The notes beneath the pieces are model-generated. The model was not told the origin of the DNA, ran no database searches, and was given only the letters and a program-made list of their open reading frames with translations. Positions 43,472-53,828 of a stretch of 64,000 bases of DNA are shown here, one piece after another. How positions within the stretch are numbered: the first letter of the stretch is position 1; each line of letters starts with the position of its first letter. Made by a program: the position numbers and the translations under genes. The stretch covers positions 969,419 through 1,033,418 of the forward strand of contig CAWBJH010000001.1 in the NCBI GenBank assembly GCA_963789115.1, given 5' to 3'. This stretch comes from an uncultured delta proteobacterium (GTDB taxonomy: Bacteria > Desulfobacterota > Binatia > Binatales > Binataceae).

Positions 43472-43990
43472 ATGCTTGATATTCTTGGCCTTATGGCAGC
43501 GCTCGAACCCGGCAGGCAGTTACCGTCTTTCAGGCTCAAGGATCTCGACGGGAAAATCCGCACACGCGAGGAACTGAGCAAAGGCGGCCTCGGGCTCCTG
43601 ATTTTCTACCATCGCGAATGCCCGGTGTGTCAGTTCTCGGCGCCGTTCTTCGGCGCGATCGCGCGGGCGATGGGCTCATCGGCCCAGGTCGGAGTATGGG
43701 GCGTCAGCCAGGACCCTGAGGAGGAGAGCGAGGAGTTCGCACGCCGCAACGAGCTGCGGATGCCGATCCTGGTCGACGAGGATCCCTATCCGGTCTCCAA
43801 CGCCTGCAGGATCACGAACGTGCCGACCCTGTTCCTGATCGACAATCACGGCAAGATCGTGCAAACCTGCGTCGGCTTCGCGAAGGACGACTTCAGCAAG
43901 ATCGCGGAGCAACTGGCTTCAAAGGCCGGCGTCAAGCCGCCCGACCTTTTCGCCGGCCGTTCCGATATCCCTGCGCTCAGACCGGGCTGA
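43472..43990 (+). CDS. thioredoxin-fold redoxin (TlpA/peroxiredoxin-like)
   Basis: CPVC active-site motif in thioredoxin-fold context (LLIFYHRECPVCQ). Confidence 0.75.
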   Translation: MLDILGLMAALEPGRQLPSFRLKDLDGKIRTREELSKGGLGLLIFYHRECPVCQFSAPFFGAIARAMGSSAQVGVWGVSQDPEEESEEFARRNELRMPILVDEDPYPVSNACRITNVPTLFLIDNHGKIVQTCVGFAKDDFSKIAEQLASKAGVKPPDLFAGRSDIPALRPG

Positions 43991-44030
43991 AGCTCCCATA
44001 ACGCGGGCTGAGTTTCAGCCCGCCTCGGGC
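43858..44030 (+). repeat. direct repeat copy 1 (3' end of redoxin gene, stop codon and terminator hairpin)
   Basis: Homologous at nucleotide and protein level to 46600-46775. Hairpin gggctga-gtt-tcagccc at 44005-44021. Confidence 0.75.
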
Positions 44031-44167
44031 GCGCGCGCCGCTAGCTTGCGCGATTCGTTTGCTTGGGAAACGGCGCTTGACTTACGGGCTGTGGGGTAAG
44101 GGCGGCCTTTTGACGAGTTGCCTCGTTCAGCGGGGGCTCCCGATCAAACAAGGACGTAACAAAATCT

Positions 44168-45391
44168 ATGTCCTGGCTACTCGCGCTCGGTCTGCTGCTA
44201 GTTTCAGTTCTGGTCTTCCGTCATCGCTCGCACCGTAGGAATAGCGGTTCCGGTGGCGTGTCGGCGTCAACTGGCCCCTCCGTCTCAGTTTCGATAACCG
44301 GTTCCGGCTCCCATTCCGCACCCGACACGGGCGCTCCGACGACCGTTGTCGGAAGCGACTCCTGGGTTATCAACCCTGAAAGCAGCTTTCCTCTAACGAT
44401 CCGCCCGGCAAACGGAGAAATCGCCCGGCAAATTAAGGCCTTGCTTGACCAAGGTGGCGATAGGCTGAGGCTCAACGAATCCCTTCGATCCCTTATGCTA
44501 AGAGAAGGGGTACGGTGTAAGGAAATCGACGATTACGTCGCCCGTTTCAAACCCGCATACCTCGCAACTGTCGAAACTCTCAAGAAGGCTACGCCCGAGT
44601 GGTCCACCGCGTCGCAGCTCGATCGCGGCGATCTCCTGGAAGAGTTTCGAGCAAAGGCCGTCCAGATGCTTGAGGTCAGCCCGGCTGCGATTTGCGATGT
44701 TCGGACCCTATTTGAATGCGAACCGGACTTCGGGGAGGTACGGAACCTGTTCGTCCGCAATGGGACTGAAGCAATTGATCTTTGCAACCTGTATGGGCGA
44801 TATTCTCAAAATATACGAAAGGTCCACCACCTGCCTGCTGACGACCTATATCGGCGGCCGGACTTTGAAAAGCTTGTTGAAGCCGGCTTAGCGGCTCGCG
44901 GCCTTCAGATTCCTGTTTCGGATATTCTTAATAGTTTAACGCTTAAGGAGCTTCGAGCGGTGGTTGCCGACACCAGCACACCGTTCTTCAAACGGAAAGC
45001 CGAGGCGGTCGAGTACGCCGCGGGGCTCCGTGACATTACCGACCGCCTTGCTAAGGTGATGGCCTTCCGAGAACTGTTTCAACTCCGTCCACTGCCTCAG
45101 AAGCTTTCCGTGGTCGCCTCAGAGCTCTTTTCGGAGCCCGTACTGCAAACGAAAAGGTTTGCACATGAAGCGTCGTGCTTAATCGCACACACGTACGCGA
45201 TGGGTGCGTATGACTTGAGGGACCGGAGCGACCCCGCGCTTGCAAAAATGGCGTTGGGATGGGAGATTAGCGCCGACGACGGCTCATGTCCGATGTGCAG
45301 GAAAGCTGCGGCAAGACTTTACCCGAAGGGAGCCCGCCCGCGCGCACCTTTACACATCGGATGCCGATGCGGCGTCGAAGCAAAATTATAA
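44168..45391 (+). CDS. hypothetical protein: N-terminal TM, Ser/Gly-rich linker, C-terminal Cys cluster (CPMC...CRC)
   Basis: 407 aa, no family recognised. Lower GC. Confidence 0.5.
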   Translation: MSWLLALGLLLVSVLVFRHRSHRRNSGSGGVSASTGPSVSVSITGSGSHSAPDTGAPTTVVGSDSWVINPESSFPLTIRPANGEIARQIKALLDQGGDRLRLNESLRSLMLREGVRCKEIDDYVARFKPAYLATVETLKKATPEWSTASQLDRGDLLEEFRAKAVQMLEVSPAAICDVRTLFECEPDFGEVRNLFVRNGTEAIDLCNLYGRYSQNIRKVHHLPADDLYRRPDFEKLVEAGLAARGLQIPVSDILNSLTLKELRAVVADTSTPFFKRKAEAVEYAAGLRDITDRLAKVMAFRELFQLRPLPQKLSVVASELFSEPVLQTKRFAHEASCLIAHTYAMGAYDLRDRSDPALAKMALGWEISADDGSCPMCRKAAARLYPKGARPRAPLHIGCRCGVEAKL

Positions 45392-45489
45392 TCATCCCGC
45401 GACTTTGTCAGGGCAATGTCCGGTTCGCTGTTGAAATTGAGCAGCGGCTGGATACTAACCTAAGCTGCAGCCTTTTCTATGGGATCGAT

Positions 45490-46428
45490 TCAGGCGCGAG
45501 GATCGTAACCCGGGACCGGCGCAACAGGCATATCGAGGACATCGTGCGAGGAATTCATCGGAAAGATGAACGTCGCCTTCGAGTTGATTTCGATCACTTC
45601 AACCCGATCGGCACCCACGAGTTTCAGCTTGAAGTGAAATGGAGATGTCATCGCGCAACCGAGGTCCTGACGAGCCCGTTTGACCAGCGTGTCGATGTTC
45701 TGTGTCATGTAATCTTGTATTCCGGAAAAGATCCGGCAAGCGTTGTCATGCTGATCGACGACCTCGTCGCTGATCCCGGACATTGCGTATCCCCCACCTG
45801 GCGCACAGTAAACGACCCCGTCGATCTGGGTCGCCGATTGGACGTGGGCGGACCGGAGCTTCTTGATGTCATCGTCGCTAGGCGTCATCTCCAGTGCCAG
45901 CACGCCTTTGGGCCGATAACACTCGATCAGTTTCGGCCAGTTACGATGGATGATTTCCAGCAACCGCTGCCTCGCCCAATCCCCGTGCTCCATGACGTTG
46001 ACGGCGAAAAGTTCATCTGCAGTGACGTACGCGAAGAGTACTGAGCCAGTACGCTGGACGAAGTCGGGTGCATCTCGCTCAGGGGTGGTACCCAGGTGAA
46101 AGTGATGGATGCGCCAGTCGTTCAACAGAGCATCGTTGTAGTCGGGTTGCAGCAGCCCTTTGCTCTGATGCGAGCGCAGGTCGAGGCCCTTGGCCGCCCT
46201 CTTAAGCAGGAGATTAAGGCCGGCGCGATGCTTATAAGGGCAAGTTAGCTCCCGTGACTGAAAGATAGTGCGTACACGCAGCGGGATCACCCGTCGCTGA
46301 ACGTTGTAAAACGCCAGGGAGATTGCCTCCGGCGTCTCGCTCGGCTTCAGAGTATAGCCCATGCTGACCAGTTCAGTCCTTTGCATCTCGCACCAATCGG
46401 CGAGAAAGTTTGCGGTGATTTCGGGCAT
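45490..46428 (-). CDS. hypothetical protein (312 aa from MPEITANF)
   Basis: Convergent with 44168-45391. aggagg before ATG 46428. No family recognised. Confidence 0.5.
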   Translation of the reverse strand: MPEITANFLADWCEMQRTELVSMGYTLKPSETPEAISLAFYNVQRRVIPLRVRTIFQSRELTCPYKHRAGLNLLLKRAAKGLDLRSHQSKGLLQPDYNDALLNDWRIHHFHLGTTPERDAPDFVQRTGSVLFAYVTADELFAVNVMEHGDWARQRLLEIIHRNWPKLIECYRPKGVLALEMTPSDDDIKKLRSAHVQSATQIDGVVYCAPGGGYAMSGISDEVVDQHDNACRIFSGIQDYMTQNIDTLVKRARQDLGCAMTSPFHFKLKLVGADRVEVIEINSKATFIFPMNSSHDVLDMPVAPVPGYDPRA

Positions 46429-46599
46429 CGGCCTCCTTTCCGCTCGAACGAGGCGAGCGGAACCTTCTAGAATGCTCCACCCGAACGTTCCAATCAACCG
46501 GAATTTTCATTTTCAATCCTGAATCGAATTAGAACCGACGCCGGGCGTTTAGCAATTGCGAAGTTCGAGCCCGGTTTTGGGCCAGAAGGCCGGGCTGTA

Positions 46600-46775
46600 C
46601 GTGTAAAGCAGTGGGTCGGGTTCTCGAAGGCCGATTTTCTCGACATCGCGGCCCATCTCCCGCGCGCTTGCGGCGTCAAACCGCCTGATATCTTGGCCGG
46701 GCGAAGCGACATTCCGGCGCTCATACCCGGCTGAAGCTCGCATAACGCGGGCTGAGTCGCAGCCCGCCTCTCGAG
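46600..46775 (+). repeat. direct repeat copy 2 (displaced diverged redoxin 3' end)
   Basis: In-frame remnant VKQWVGFSKADFLDIAAHLPRACGVKPPDILAGRSDIPALIPG* versus the native VQTCVGFAKDDFSKIAEQLASKAGVKPPDLFAGRSDIPALRPG*. Confidence 0.75.
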
Positions 46776-46811
46776 TAGTACGGACGCCCTCCCGCCGGTG
46801 AACGGGGCCCG

Positions 46812-47069
46812 CTAACCGCGGCGGAAGATCGCGAACTCTTCCTCGAACCTGGCGGCGCGTTCCTGGGCCGAGGAAGCGCGCTGGGTGCGCAGGAAGAACT
46901 GCACCAACTCCTCGTGACTCACCCGGCCGGTAGGGCTGACTACCTCGACCAGCTCCTCGATCAGGCCCGGAAACTTTTCGCTCGGGATGTAATAGTGGGC
47001 CCAGCCGAAGTTGCAGTTTCGATGCAGGATTTTGGCGATCGCCTTTTCCAACGCCTCGCGTGTAGTCAT
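46812..47069 (-). CDS. small hypothetical protein (85 aa)
   Basis: MTTREALEKAIAKILHRNCNFGWAHYY... Immediately downstream of and co-oriented with the 47120-48022 gene. Confidence 0.4.
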   Translation of the reverse strand: MTTREALEKAIAKILHRNCNFGWAHYYIPSEKFPGLIEELVEVVSPTGRVSHEELVQFFLRTQRASSAQERAARFEEEFAIFRRG

Positions 47070-47119
47070 TCCCTCGCTCACCTTCTGCACTGACCCAGCC
47101 CCTGCCGTCCGCACCGCCG

Positions 47120-48022
47120 TTAGGCGGATTTCTTTTCGAGCTTGGGCGCCGGCGCGGCAGGCGGGACGTCCTCAGCCCACAGGATCTTCCGATAGTCGAA
47201 CTTGAGTCCCTCGATAACGTTGAACTTGACGATCTCGAAATAGGGCGAGAGGTCAAAGTCGCGCGGCGTGACCAGCGTGGGCGAGACCATTTTGAGCACG
47301 CCGAAGCGGCGGGCGTCAGGCCGCGCGATCAGTCGCCGCAGGCCGCGACCGATCTCGGAAGGCTGCGGCGGCTGATCGAAGCTCGGCACGATCGGAAACT
47401 TGACGCTCCGGAAACAGTCGGCGATCAGGCTCGAGCAAATCACCCGGGTCGGCTCACCGCTGCCGAACTGCAGCACCTTGCGGCCGAAGCGGCGCGGCAC
47501 CAGGCGAAACGGCAGGAAGTAGCGCGCGAGGTCGATGATGTTGCGGATGTCGTAGGTCTCGCCGACCGAGCCGATCGCGCGCTCCAGCGCCAGGCGCAGA
47601 TCGTCCGCCGCCAGATTGTAGGGCCGGCACACCCGAAAATTGAAGTCGCGGTACTTGTCGAGCGTGGAAAGGACCACGCCGCTCTCGACCAGCGCCTCGA
47701 CCAGCAGGTAATTCGCCTCCGCTCCGAATTGCTCGAGCAGCCGGCGCTTGAGCTCCGGATCGCGCTTGAGCGGCTCGTCGCCGACGTAGAGCGCCGAGTG
47801 CGACCAGGAGCTCTGGGTCAGGTACTTGATCACCTCGCTGATGCGCTCGTTGCCCTCCACCAGGACTACATCACCCCTGCGGATGTAGCGCTTGAGGTTG
47901 GCCATCTCGTTCGGAATGTGAAGCCGGTAACGGCTGCGCGGCTCGGTGAGCAGCCGCAGCGCGAAGTTCACGAACTTGCGGCGAAGGTAGGAAAACGGAT
48001 TCAATCGCTTAAGCCAAGCCAT
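47120..48022 (-). CDS. hypothetical protein, possibly permuted papain-fold (YiiX-like) family
   Basis: GDVVLVEG...SSWSHSALYVG then a later Cys (RVICSSLIADCF) resembles the permuted NlpC/P60-like arrangement. Weak, from memory. Confidence 0.4.
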   Translation of the reverse strand: MAWLKRLNPFSYLRRKFVNFALRLLTEPRSRYRLHIPNEMANLKRYIRRGDVVLVEGNERISEVIKYLTQSSWSHSALYVGDEPLKRDPELKRRLLEQFGAEANYLLVEALVESGVVLSTLDKYRDFNFRVCRPYNLAADDLRLALERAIGSVGETYDIRNIIDLARYFLPFRLVPRRFGRKVLQFGSGEPTRVICSSLIADCFRSVKFPIVPSFDQPPQPSEIGRGLRRLIARPDARRFGVLKMVSPTLVTPRDFDLSPYFEIVKFNVIEGLKFDYRKILWAEDVPPAAPAPKLEKKSA

Positions 48023-48145
48023 CGCGCACCAAAAAAGGGCACAGCCTACCGGCGCCTGCTGATCTGACTATAGTGGCCGGCACACCGTTGAAACAAGCGA
48101 GTCGGCGCAAAACCACGCCGGAACCGGGCTTTTCGGCCCGCCCCG

Positions 48146-49207
48146 TCAATTCTCGAACGAGCCGACGATCGCGTAGAACGGTACGCTCAGACTCGGCTGA
48201 GTCGGATCATCGGTGGCGATCGCAAGCGACCCGCGAAGCTGACCGTCAGGGGTGTTTTTCAGCAGCGCGACCGTTATCCTGTATTCCTTGCCGGGTGTAA
48301 TCGGGTCAACCTTCGCCGCCACGCTGTGATTAGTGCTCGACACGCTCAGCACCTTCACCGCGCGATTGGCCGCGTTGCTCAAGCGCAGGATTCGCACCGC
48401 ACTCTGATGGCTCGGCACGATTCCGAACGAGACCTGGGCCGGGTCGAGCGTCAGATCTCCGGTGACCGCTCCGAAGATGTGGACGTCGATTGGCTTGCGG
48501 TTGTTGACTACCTGAATCGAGTCGTCGAATGGACCCACCGGCATCGTCTTGAGCAGCGTCACGTTCAGGATCGCGCCAGGCTTGCCGTCCTTGCGCGGCT
48601 CCTGGCTCACCTTGATGTAGGGGCTGCTGTTGCTGATCGCCCCGACGCGGAAGTCCTTTGCCTTCGCGGCAAGATCGCTGATCACGACTTGCCGGGTTTC
48701 CTCGACCCCATGGCGTACGCTGCCGAACGCAAGCGGCGAGGGCTCCGCATCGACCTCGACGCGAACCACGCCCTGCAGCGTCATGACCGCGTTGGGGGTC
48801 TGCGGATCGTTGGTCATCGCGGTAATCGTGCGTTCGCGATGGCCCTTCTGAAACCGGGTGTCGAAGGTGACGGCGATTTGAGCCTGATCGCCCGGCAGGA
48901 CCTGATTCTTGCTGGGCGCCGCGGCGGTGCATCCGCACGAGGTCTTTACTCCCGATATGATCAGGTCCTTCCGGCCGACGTTGCGGATCGTGAAGATGTG
49001 AGAGACCTTCTGCCCCTCCAGCGCCGTGCCGAAGTCGTACACCGGGTTGACGATCTCGACCTTGGGCTGCCCGGTAGATGAAGTCGAGGCCTGCGGCGCG
49101 GCGGTGACTGCCGCCGCAGGGGTCTGGGGCCAGCACGGGCTGTGGCCCGCAATCGCGAACGTCAGCAATGCCGTCAGCGCGGCAGATCCGATCCAGATTC
49201 GTCGCAT
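48146..49207 (-). CDS. secreted DUF1573-repeat protein
   Basis: Signal peptide, three repeats of the DFG...G......F...N.G...L.I pattern, one carrying SCGCT. Confidence 0.7.
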   Translation of the reverse strand: MRRIWIGSAALTALLTFAIAGHSPCWPQTPAAAVTAAPQASTSSTGQPKVEIVNPVYDFGTALEGQKVSHIFTIRNVGRKDLIISGVKTSCGCTAAAPSKNQVLPGDQAQIAVTFDTRFQKGHRERTITAMTNDPQTPNAVMTLQGVVRVEVDAEPSPLAFGSVRHGVEETRQVVISDLAAKAKDFRVGAISNSSPYIKVSQEPRKDGKPGAILNVTLLKTMPVGPFDDSIQVVNNRKPIDVHIFGAVTGDLTLDPAQVSFGIVPSHQSAVRILRLSNAANRAVKVLSVSSTNHSVAAKVDPITPGKEYRITVALLKNTPDGQLRGSLAIATDDPTQPSLSVPFYAIVGSFEN

Positions 49208-49275
49208 AGGGTAAATTCCGACCTTCGGTGCGGACACCGAATCCATAATATCAAGCCGTGCGTCCGTCCGCGCGG

Positions 49276-50652
49276 TCAAGATACCTTCGCCAGGGTTTGC
49301 GCGGGCGCGGGGGCGGCTTCATAGCGCTCTATGAAATCGGTCGCGAACCTGCCGCTCAGGAAGTCGGGATCCTCCATGATCTTCAGATGGAGCGGGATGT
49401 TGGTCTTGATCCCGTCTATCAGGTACTCGCGTAGCGCGGCGCGGACCCGCGCGATCGCGCTTGGCCGGTCCTCGGCATGCGCGATCAGCTTGGCGATCAG
49501 CGGATCGTAATGCACCGGCACCTTGTAGCCGTCGTAGAGTGCGGTCTCGACCCGCACCCCGAGTCCGCCGGGCGGATGATGGTTCGAGACCACGCCCGGC
49601 GAGGGTATGTGCGTGTCCGGGTCTTCCGCGTAGATGCGGCACTCGATCGCCGCGCCGTCGAACGCGAGGTTGCGCTGCTTGAAGCGCAGCGGCTCGCCGG
49701 CCGCCAGCCTCAGGCTCTCCTTGATCAGGTCGATCCCGGTCACCATCTCGGTCACGCCGTGCTCCACCTGGATGCGAGTGTTCATCTCGATGAAGCAAAA
49801 GGAGCCGTCGGCGGCGAGCAGGAACTCGACCGTGCCGACGTTCGAGTAGCCGACCACCTGCGCGGCGCGGATTGCGGCGCGACCCATCTTGTCGCGCAGC
49901 CGCGGCGTCATCACCGGGCACGGCGCTTCCTCGAGCACCTTCTGATGACGCCGCTGGATCGAGCAATCGCGCTCGCCCAGATGGATCAGGTTGCGGTTGT
50001 AATCGGCCAGGATTTGAAACTCGACGTGACGGACATGCTCCAGGTATTTCTCCAGGTACATCGTGCGAGAGCCGAAGGCGGCCTCGGTCTCGGAGCGGGC
50101 CAGCATGAAGACCCGCGCCATCTCGGCGCTGTCGCGCGCGACCCGCATCCCCTTGCCGCCGCCGCCCGCCGCGGCCTTGATCAGCACCGGGTAGCCGAGC
50201 GATTTGGCGGCGGCCTGCGCGTCGCGCAGCTCGGTCACGCCGTTGCCCTCGCTGCCGGGCAGTACCGGCACGCCGGCGCGCTGCATGATACGACGCGCGC
50301 GCGGCTTGTCACCCATCAGCCGGATATGGCGCGCCCGTGGGCCGACGAATATCAGCCCCGAACGCCCGCAAGCCTCGGCAAAGTCGCCGCTCTCGGAAAG
50401 AAAGCCGTAACCGGGATGGACCGCGTCGGCGCCGTAGGCCATCGCAGTGCTGAGCAGCGCCGGAATATTCAGGTAGCTCTCCTGCGCGGAGGCCGGCCCG
50501 ATACATACCGACTCGTCCGCCATCCTGACGTGCAGCGCGTCCTTGTCGGCGGTGGAATACACCGCGAGAGTGGGAATGCCCAGTTCACGGCAGGCCCGGA
50601 TGATCCGGATTGCGATCGTTCCGCGGTTGGCGACCAGAAGCTTCTTGAACAA
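49276..50652 (-). CDS. accC: acetyl-CoA carboxylase biotin carboxylase subunit
   Basis: MFKKLLVANRGTIAIRIIRACRELG ATP-grasp N-terminus. Full length. Confidence 0.95.
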   Translation of the reverse strand: MFKKLLVANRGTIAIRIIRACRELGIPTLAVYSTADKDALHVRMADESVCIGPASAQESYLNIPALLSTAMAYGADAVHPGYGFLSESGDFAEACGRSGLIFVGPRARHIRLMGDKPRARRIMQRAGVPVLPGSEGNGVTELRDAQAAAKSLGYPVLIKAAAGGGGKGMRVARDSAEMARVFMLARSETEAAFGSRTMYLEKYLEHVRHVEFQILADYNRNLIHLGERDCSIQRRHQKVLEEAPCPVMTPRLRDKMGRAAIRAAQVVGYSNVGTVEFLLAADGSFCFIEMNTRIQVEHGVTEMVTGIDLIKESLRLAAGEPLRFKQRNLAFDGAAIECRIYAEDPDTHIPSPGVVSNHHPPGGLGVRVETALYDGYKVPVHYDPLIAKLIAHAEDRPSAIARVRAALREYLIDGIKTNIPLHLKIMEDPDFLSGRFATDFIERYEAAPAPAQTLAKVS

Positions 50653-50671
50653 GCGCGATGACTCCGAAAGG

Positions 50672-51148
50672 CTACCCGATCTCGACCACCATCAGCGGCT
50701 GTCCGTACTCGACCGGCTGCCCGTTCTCGCACAGGATTTTCACCACCTTCCCGGCGACCTCGGCCTCGATTTCGTTCATCATCTTCATCGCCTCGATGAT
50801 GCACAGGGGCTGGCCCTTTCTGACCATCGCGCCCTCCTCGACAAACCGCGGCGCATCGGGCGCCGGCGCCCGATAGAAGGTCCCCACCATCGGGCTCTGC
50901 ACCATCACCTGGTTGGGGCCAAGCTCGGGCTCGGCCGAGGCGCCCGATGTTGAAACAGCCTGGGACCGCGCGGCCCTCGATGAGATGGCGGGAGCCGTCG
51001 GCGGCCCGGGATGAACCGGGGAATTGCCCGCGCGCTCCGGCGAGCCTCTCACCAGCCGCACCTTGCCCTTCTTGTCCTCGATTTCGAGCTCGACCAGTCC
51101 GTGCTCGCGCATCAGGGCGATCAGCGACTTTATCTCTCGAAGTTCCAT
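50672..51148 (-). CDS. accB: acetyl-CoA carboxylase biotin carboxyl carrier protein
   Basis: [15 protein letters not shown] biotinylation motif. Start at MELREIK (ATG 51148); the track ORF extends far upstream. Confidence 0.9.
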   Translation of the reverse strand: MELREIKSLIALMREHGLVELEIEDKKGKVRLVRGSPERAGNSPVHPGPPTAPAISSRAARSQAVSTSGASAEPELGPNQVMVQSPMVGTFYRAPAPDAPRFVEEGAMVRKGQPLCIIEAMKMMNEIEAEVAGKVVKILCENGQPVEYGQPLMVVEIG

Positions 51149-51195
51149 CTTCGCCCCCCGGTGCGAAGGCGAGAGCCGGTGCGGCCAGGCCAGGC

Positions 51196-51714
51196 TCAGG
51201 CGCCTACGTTGCGGGCCGACTCCACCAGCGTGCGCGCGGCGCGCAAGGCCAGCATATAGCTTTCGGGGCCGAAACCCATGATGCGTCCGTGGACCACGTC
51301 GGCAATCGTCGACCGGCGGCGCATCGACTCGCGGCGGTAGATGTTCGACAGGTGGATCTCGATCACCGGGACTTCGAGCGCCAGAATTACGTCCCGGATC
51401 GCGATGCTGGTATGGGTGTACGCCGCGGGGTTGATCAGCAACGCGTCGATTCGTCCGCGCGCCAGTTGCAGGCGATCTATAATCGCCCCCTCGCTGTTCG
51501 ACTGGAAGCTCTCGACTTCCAGCCCCAGCTCCTTGCCCAACTCGCGCAGCCTGCGGTCGATTTCGGGCAGTCGGGTGCGCCCGTAAATCTCCACTTCGCG
51601 CTCGCCGATCAGGTTCAGGTTCGGGCCGTGCACAACCAGCACGGTGGCGGGCTTGCCGGGCCGGACATTGGCGGCAGAGCGCGTCGAGGGCAATCCTCTT
51701 AACCTCGTCACCAT
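51196..51714 (-). CDS. aroQ: type II 3-dehydroquinate dehydratase
   Basis: [13 protein letters not shown] and HLSNIYRRE motifs. The true start is possibly internal (GTG). Confidence 0.85.
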   Translation of the reverse strand: MVTRLRGLPSTRSAANVRPGKPATVLVVHGPNLNLIGEREVEIYGRTRLPEIDRRLRELGKELGLEVESFQSNSEGAIIDRLQLARGRIDALLINPAAYTHTSIAIRDVILALEVPVIEIHLSNIYRRESMRRRSTIADVVHGRIMGFGPESYMLALRAARTLVESARNVGA

Positions 51715-51858
51715 CCCCGGTCCCTCGCGGCATTCAACCCTACTGTGGCGGCAGTTTCAAGGCGGGGCGAGTCGAACGTGGGTTGGTCGCGCAAAAGAAC
51801 CGGCACCCTTCGAGCGGCCTCAGATTCGAGCGGCCTCAAGAGCAGGCTCCGGCCGGCG

Positions 51859-52737
51859 CTACAAAGGCCCCCCAAGCCGCCTCGCACGAAGCGCCTCTTG
51901 ATAGACCTCGCGACGGCTGCGGTTCTTCAGGCGCGCGATAAGGTCGCTAGCCGCCTTGAGCCCCAAGCCTGCCTCGCGCAGCATCTCGACCGTGATTTCC
52001 GGGCCTTGTGCGCCGGCCACCGGCTCGCCCTCGGCCGGGCGCGCCCCTGCGACGACGAGGGTAATTTCGCCGAGCGCCTGCTCGTCGGCGAAGCGGCGCG
52101 CCAGCTCGCCGAGCGTGCCCCGGATCGCCTCTTCGAAGGTCTTCGTCATCTCACGAACCACCGCCGCGGCGCGATCCTCGCCGAACGCGGTCGCCATCTC
52201 GTTGAGCGTGGCGGCGAGACGCCGCGCTGCTTCGTAGAACACAATCGTGCGGGTCTCACGGGCAAGCGACTTGAGGAACTTGATACGCGCCGACCCCTTG
52301 GGCGGGAGAAATCCCTCGAAGGCGAAACGATCGGTCGCCAGCCCGGCGATGGAGAGCGCGGCCGCGACCGCCGAGGGTCCCGGCACCGCCTTGACGGGAA
52401 TTGCGGCCTCGATCGCGCCGCGCACCAGGCGAAAGCCCGGATCGGAAATCCCGGGGGTTCCCGCGTCGGTCACCAGCGCGACGCGTGCTCCCTCCTTGAG
52501 CCGAGCGACTATCTCCGCCGCACGCCGTTGCTCGTTGTGCTCGAAGTAGCTGAGCAGGGGCTTGCCGATACCGTGCGCGGCCAGCAGCCGCGCAGTTCGG
52601 CGAGTGTCCTCGCATGCGACGAGGTCAACCTCGGAAAGCACCCGGATCGCGCGGACAGTGATATCCTCGGGGTTCCCGATCGGCGTCGCGACGACGTAGA
52701 GCACGCCGCCCGAGTTTTTTCCCGTCGACGAAGCCAT
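51859..52737 (-). CDS. rsmI: 16S rRNA (cytidine1402-2'-O)-methyltransferase
   Basis: LYVVATPIGNPEDIT and tetrapyrrole-methylase fold motifs. Start trimmed to MASSTGK. Confidence 0.85.
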   Translation of the reverse strand: MASSTGKNSGGVLYVVATPIGNPEDITVRAIRVLSEVDLVACEDTRRTARLLAAHGIGKPLLSYFEHNEQRRAAEIVARLKEGARVALVTDAGTPGISDPGFRLVRGAIEAAIPVKAVPGPSAVAAALSIAGLATDRFAFEGFLPPKGSARIKFLKSLARETRTIVFYEAARRLAATLNEMATAFGEDRAAAVVREMTKTFEEAIRGTLGELARRFADEQALGEITLVVAGARPAEGEPVAGAQGPEITVEMLREAGLGLKAASDLIARLKNRSRREVYQEALRARRLGGPL

Positions 52738-52826
52738 CGTATCAGCATCCCCCTTCCCGTCTTTAGCAGTCTGCGCGCCGTGTGAGCCCATCTTCGCGGC
52801 GCGCCCTTGGGGCCCAGGGTTGAAAG

Positions 52827-52858
52827 ATCTTCGGCCTCATCTTTATTTCGGGCGCGGC
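52827..52858. repeat. 32-bp direct repeat DR-left of putative island (also rsmI upstream region)
   Basis: atcttcggcctcatctttatttcgggcgcggc matches 59521-59554 with 2 differences. Confidence 0.75.
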
Positions 52859-52877
52859 CCCGGATCGGCTTTGGATG

Positions 52878-53828
52878 CTAGAACAACGACTGCTGTAAGG
52901 CGACCGGAGCCGGTTCCGCTAACCTGTCAGGCAACGGCTTGAGTTCGTCCTCGAAACGAAACCGACTCGCTTCGAGGTACGGCGCGTGGTGTTCTACGGC
53001 TATCCACTTTCGGCCCTCGCGTTCACAGGCCTCGCCGGTCGTGTTGCTGCCCGCAAACGGGTCAAGCACGAGATCGCCGGGGTCGGTGAGGAACCGAATA
53101 AAGAAGGTCGGAAGCTGAACCGGGAATCGCGCGGGATGAGGCGTCATGTGGTTCAGCTTGCAGAGTTCGAGATAACGTCCGTTTGCGTCGTTGTTGCCGT
53201 GTACCAGGAGATTCGACGGGATCGAACCTCCCCGGTCAGTAAACTTCCTGGTTATTACGTGTCCTGACGGCCGGACCTTTGGACGGTAGCCTCGCTTAAC
53301 CAACCGGTGCATGTCAGGGCTGTATTCGTTCAACACCTTTTGATTGTCGGACTTCGGGTTGGGTGTCTTTGACAACCACCAAAGGCAGTTGACCGCGTCT
53401 TTCACCCTGATCTTTCTGACAGTGACCCACTCCGCCGGCGAGGGGAGCTTAGCGGGGTTGTACCAATAGAACTCCTGTGCGAGGTAAAACCCGACTTCGC
53501 GAACGAGCGCGATCAGCAACTCGAAGTGGTAGAGCGAGCGCGTCGGTTTGCCGGGCGTCCACGCGCCGCCAATGTCGATCACGAAACTGCCGTCGTCGCG
53601 AAGAAGGCGGTGGACCTGGCGAGCAAATGGCAAGAACCATTCGACATACCGGCGCTGGTCGGCGTTGCCGTATTCCTTCTTGAAGTGAAGCGCGTAAGGC
53701 GGTGACGTGAACGCGAGGTTCACGCTCGCGGTCTCAAGGCCGGCCATAAGGGGCAGGGAATCGGCTAAGTAGGCGCGCCCGAGTTTCGTTGCGTAAAGGG
53801 GCTTGGAGGCTTTGAGGGGCGACTGCAC
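52878..53828 (-). CDS. DNA methyltransferase (beta-class N4-cytosine/N6-adenine type, SPPY)
   Basis: Motif IV TSPPY N-terminal and motif [12 protein letters not shown]-terminal. No adjacent restriction gene. Confidence 0.85.
   Translation of the reverse strand: MQSPLKASKPLYATKLGRAYLADSLPLMAGLETASVNLAFTSPPYALHFKKEYGNADQRRYVEWFLPFARQVHRLLRDDGSFVIDIGGAWTPGKPTRSLYHFELLIALVREVGFYLAQEFYWYNPAKLPSPAEWVTVRKIRVKDAVNCLWWLSKTPNPKSDNQKVLNEYSPDMHRLVKRGYRPKVRPSGHVITRKFTDRGGSIPSNLLVHGNNDANGRYLELCKLNHMTPHPARFPVQLPTFFIRFLTDPGDLVLDPFAGSNTTGEACEREGRKWIAVEHHAPYLEASRFRFEDELKPLPDRLAEPAPVALQQSLF

Noticed and set aside
46549-47256. 235-aa minus-strand ORF spanning repeat copy 2 and the small gene
   Set aside because: Low-complexity Ser/Arg/Gly translation. 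It overlaps the better-supported 46812-47069 gene in another frame.
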